From an uncultured Planctomycetia bacterium (lineage in GTDB: Bacteria; Omnitrophota; Gorgyraeia; Tantalellales; Tantalellaceae): 64,000 nucleotides of DNA. The stretch covers positions 13,953 through 77,952 of the forward strand of contig CAZMEZ010000002.1 in the NCBI GenBank assembly GCA_964565425.1, read 5' to 3'. A model generated the notes under the pieces. It was not told the origin of the DNA, searched no databases, and saw only the letters and a program-made list of their open reading frames with translations. The translations under genes and the position numbers were made by a program. Of the stretch, positions 27,001 through 30,000 are shown in pieces (the first letter of the stretch is position 1; the number at the start of each line of letters is the position of its first letter).

Positions 27001-30000
27001 TTCAGCGCCGCCATAAACGAGCGGTACGAACAATTAGAGGAAGGCGAGATAATCCGGCTCATGTCCGAGAAGGCGCTTAAAAAACTGGGGTCCGAGGATA
27101 TGATACCGGGCGCCATGACGGCGGACCAGCTCAGGGAATTCCTTGGCCGCGAAGGCAATTACCGCGAACAACTGCTGGTCAGGGTCAAACTTGTTTATGA
27201 TATCCTTGCGGTGGAGCAGATCCTGGACAGGATGAGCGGGGCCGGTTTCGGCAAAATAAAAGATGCGTTGTCTCTTCCGGATGACCTTAAACTTTGGGAC
27301 GCGCAGGCGGATGTCAGGTCTTTCAAATCCGGCGTGATAAGCAAACTCGGGGACGAAAGATTCAACGAACTGAAGGCGGAGTACGGCCTGCCCGATGACC
27401 TTGACAGGAAAGAACTTCTCGAGAACCCGGACCTTCTCGACGGGCGGTCCATCGACAGGATGGTCGCGGACCTCGTGAGGGAGGTCATCGACAGGGACCC
27501 CATCGAAAAGGGTATAATCAGGGCATATGATTTCATGCCGAGGCAGCAGGAATGGCTGGTCATAATAGGCGCCGACTGGGAAGACCATATCCGGCCGCTT
27601 GTCAAGGCGCTCCTGAGCATGCAATACCCGCTCAATAAGTACAAGTTCATATTTGCCGGTGAGACCTGGGACGACAGGACGGAAAAATCGGTAAGGGACG
27701 CGCGGATAAACGCCAGGAAAAAACTCATGGGCCTGGTGACTGAAGAGATAAAAGGAAGCCTTCCGGAACAATTCACGTTCGAAGGCGCTCCTGTCAGGGA
27801 AGAGAACGCGCTTTCCGCACGGGGCAGGGGGCTGCTCCCGAGGAGATTACGCGGTTTTATTACGCGCATTTTCGGCGCCAGGAGGGAGCCGTCGCAGGCA
27901 TACACCAAGCCCTTCGCGAACACGTTCGTCCTGAAAGATTCGGATGCCGCGGCCGGGGACATAAAAGATACGGAGGACCTGCCCGAGTCGCTCCAGACGC
28001 TGAAATTTGTCATGGGGTCCGCGGACGGTATCTCGGAGACAAGGCGTCTCAAACGTTCCTTTAGGAACAAATACATGGCGGAAGAGCCGGTCCGCAGCCA
28101 CAAACCGGACGAAGAAACGGCCACGAACGGCAAGATCTCCTATTACAGGAGGACGGTAGAGAACGCCGTCGAGACATACAATTACGGGTCATCCCCCGCG
28201 TGGATGAGGCTGCCCGACAGGACGCCCGCGCTGATCAGGCCGCTTTTAAGGATGCTGACCAGGCCTGTCATTTTCATGCTTCACGCGTTCGGTTACAGCG
28301 GCGAGATCCGGGGGCTCTCCTTCGAGGACAAGATAGCGTGTAACAGGTACAATCTTAAACGAGGAGACGTTTTAAAGAGACACATGAACTGGTTCGCCGC
28401 CGATACATTGCCCACGCTTATAAATATCATTGACAGCGGACGGCTTGACCTGCTTTCTCTGGGCATGTTATGGAAAAGGATAAAGAGCGAACGTGACGCG
28501 AAAGAAAGGAAGAAGCTGGTCAATCTTTACATAAGTCTTTCCAATATAAGCGGTTACGGACGCTTGGCTACGGATTTCCTTAACAGTGACGGTAAAAAAG
28601 AAGCCGAGGCCGCCTTTATCGAAGGCGTTATCTTCGGCGAGTTCGAAAGGATAAACGCGCCCAAGAACGGACAGGGGCGCCTGTCGCAGTCGAGGTCGGG
28701 CGCGCTGGCGCTTCCCTGGAGGAACGGCGCGTTCTTCGAAGGGGAATACGGCGCCTGGTACAACATGGGATGGGACGCTTTCCATGCCCTTCCTGACACC
28801 TTCAAGCCGCTGGGCGGAACGACAGGATGGTTCTGTACCGAGCCGGTCGAAGAGATCTACTGGGACGAGGTCGACTGGGCCTGCGTAAAGAACAAGCTCC
28901 CCGAAGGCTTCGAGTTCGACCCGGAAAACGCCAGGGGCGTTATGAAAGAGGAATACGGGGCCAAGAAAAAACTCACTACGATAGGCGCGTGGGACGAGAT
29001 GCAGGTCGCCGAAGACTACATGCTCGGGTTCCTGAGCTGGCTGTACGGCTTCAATATCGCCAGTTTCTATACCCTGACGCCGGAAGACGCGACCTCGACG
29101 ACCGGCATCACGATGAACACGAGGGCGCTCCAGACATCGCGCTGGAACAAGGGTTATATAATAGGCCTGGTGGTGCTCGCGACCAACCTGAGTGTTTTAA
29201 GAGAGGTCTTGAAGCGTAAGGGTTTTCTGGGGATGCTGACGTTTCTCGTTTCTACGCTTTCGAGCGCCATACACCCGCTTCTTTTCAGGATGGCCAGGGC
29301 GCTCACCGTATTGTGGTGCGCCTACTTCCTGCCGGTCGCGGGCGCGATATGGCTGTTTTTGAAATTCGCGCCCGGGGCGTTCCTGTCCGTCGAGAACGAG
29401 ACGAACCTCATGAGCGCGCTCAGCGCCTTCAAGGAATGGATAGGGGACGTGGTCCCGCAGGTATTCAACTCCATACCCATGGGATGGGGCTGGCTGGTAG
29501 GTCCGGCCATAGTCATAATACCGATATTGCTCCACAAGTTCTTCACGATGCTGTCGATGTTCATGAGGATAAACAGGCCGCTGAACCTGAAGAGGCAGGA
29601 GCAGGAGATATCCGAGGAATACATAAAGGGAACGCAGAAAAAAGGCGTAAGAGAGCTAATGAGGATCGTCAACGCGGGCCTGCTCGGCAAGCACGCCATG
29701 AACGGTTTTGTCGCGGCGTGCCTGATGGACGCGCAGATGAAAATGTCGCAACTTTCGGATGAAGAACGCGTTATGCTGGAGCTCTGGAAGAGGGTCAGGA
29801 TGATACTTGCCAGGCTTCCGGAGGAACTGAGCAGGGAAGACGCGAAAAGGTCCGTCCTGGCCAGAATGAAGGGGATGGATGCCTCTAACTTCAAGTTGCT
29901 GTGGAATTACATCGAGAAAAAGGAAGACGGCACTTATTCCATAGCTGAGGACGCGGCGCTGGGCTCCGTCACGTTGAATGCCATGCTCGATGTCTGGAAC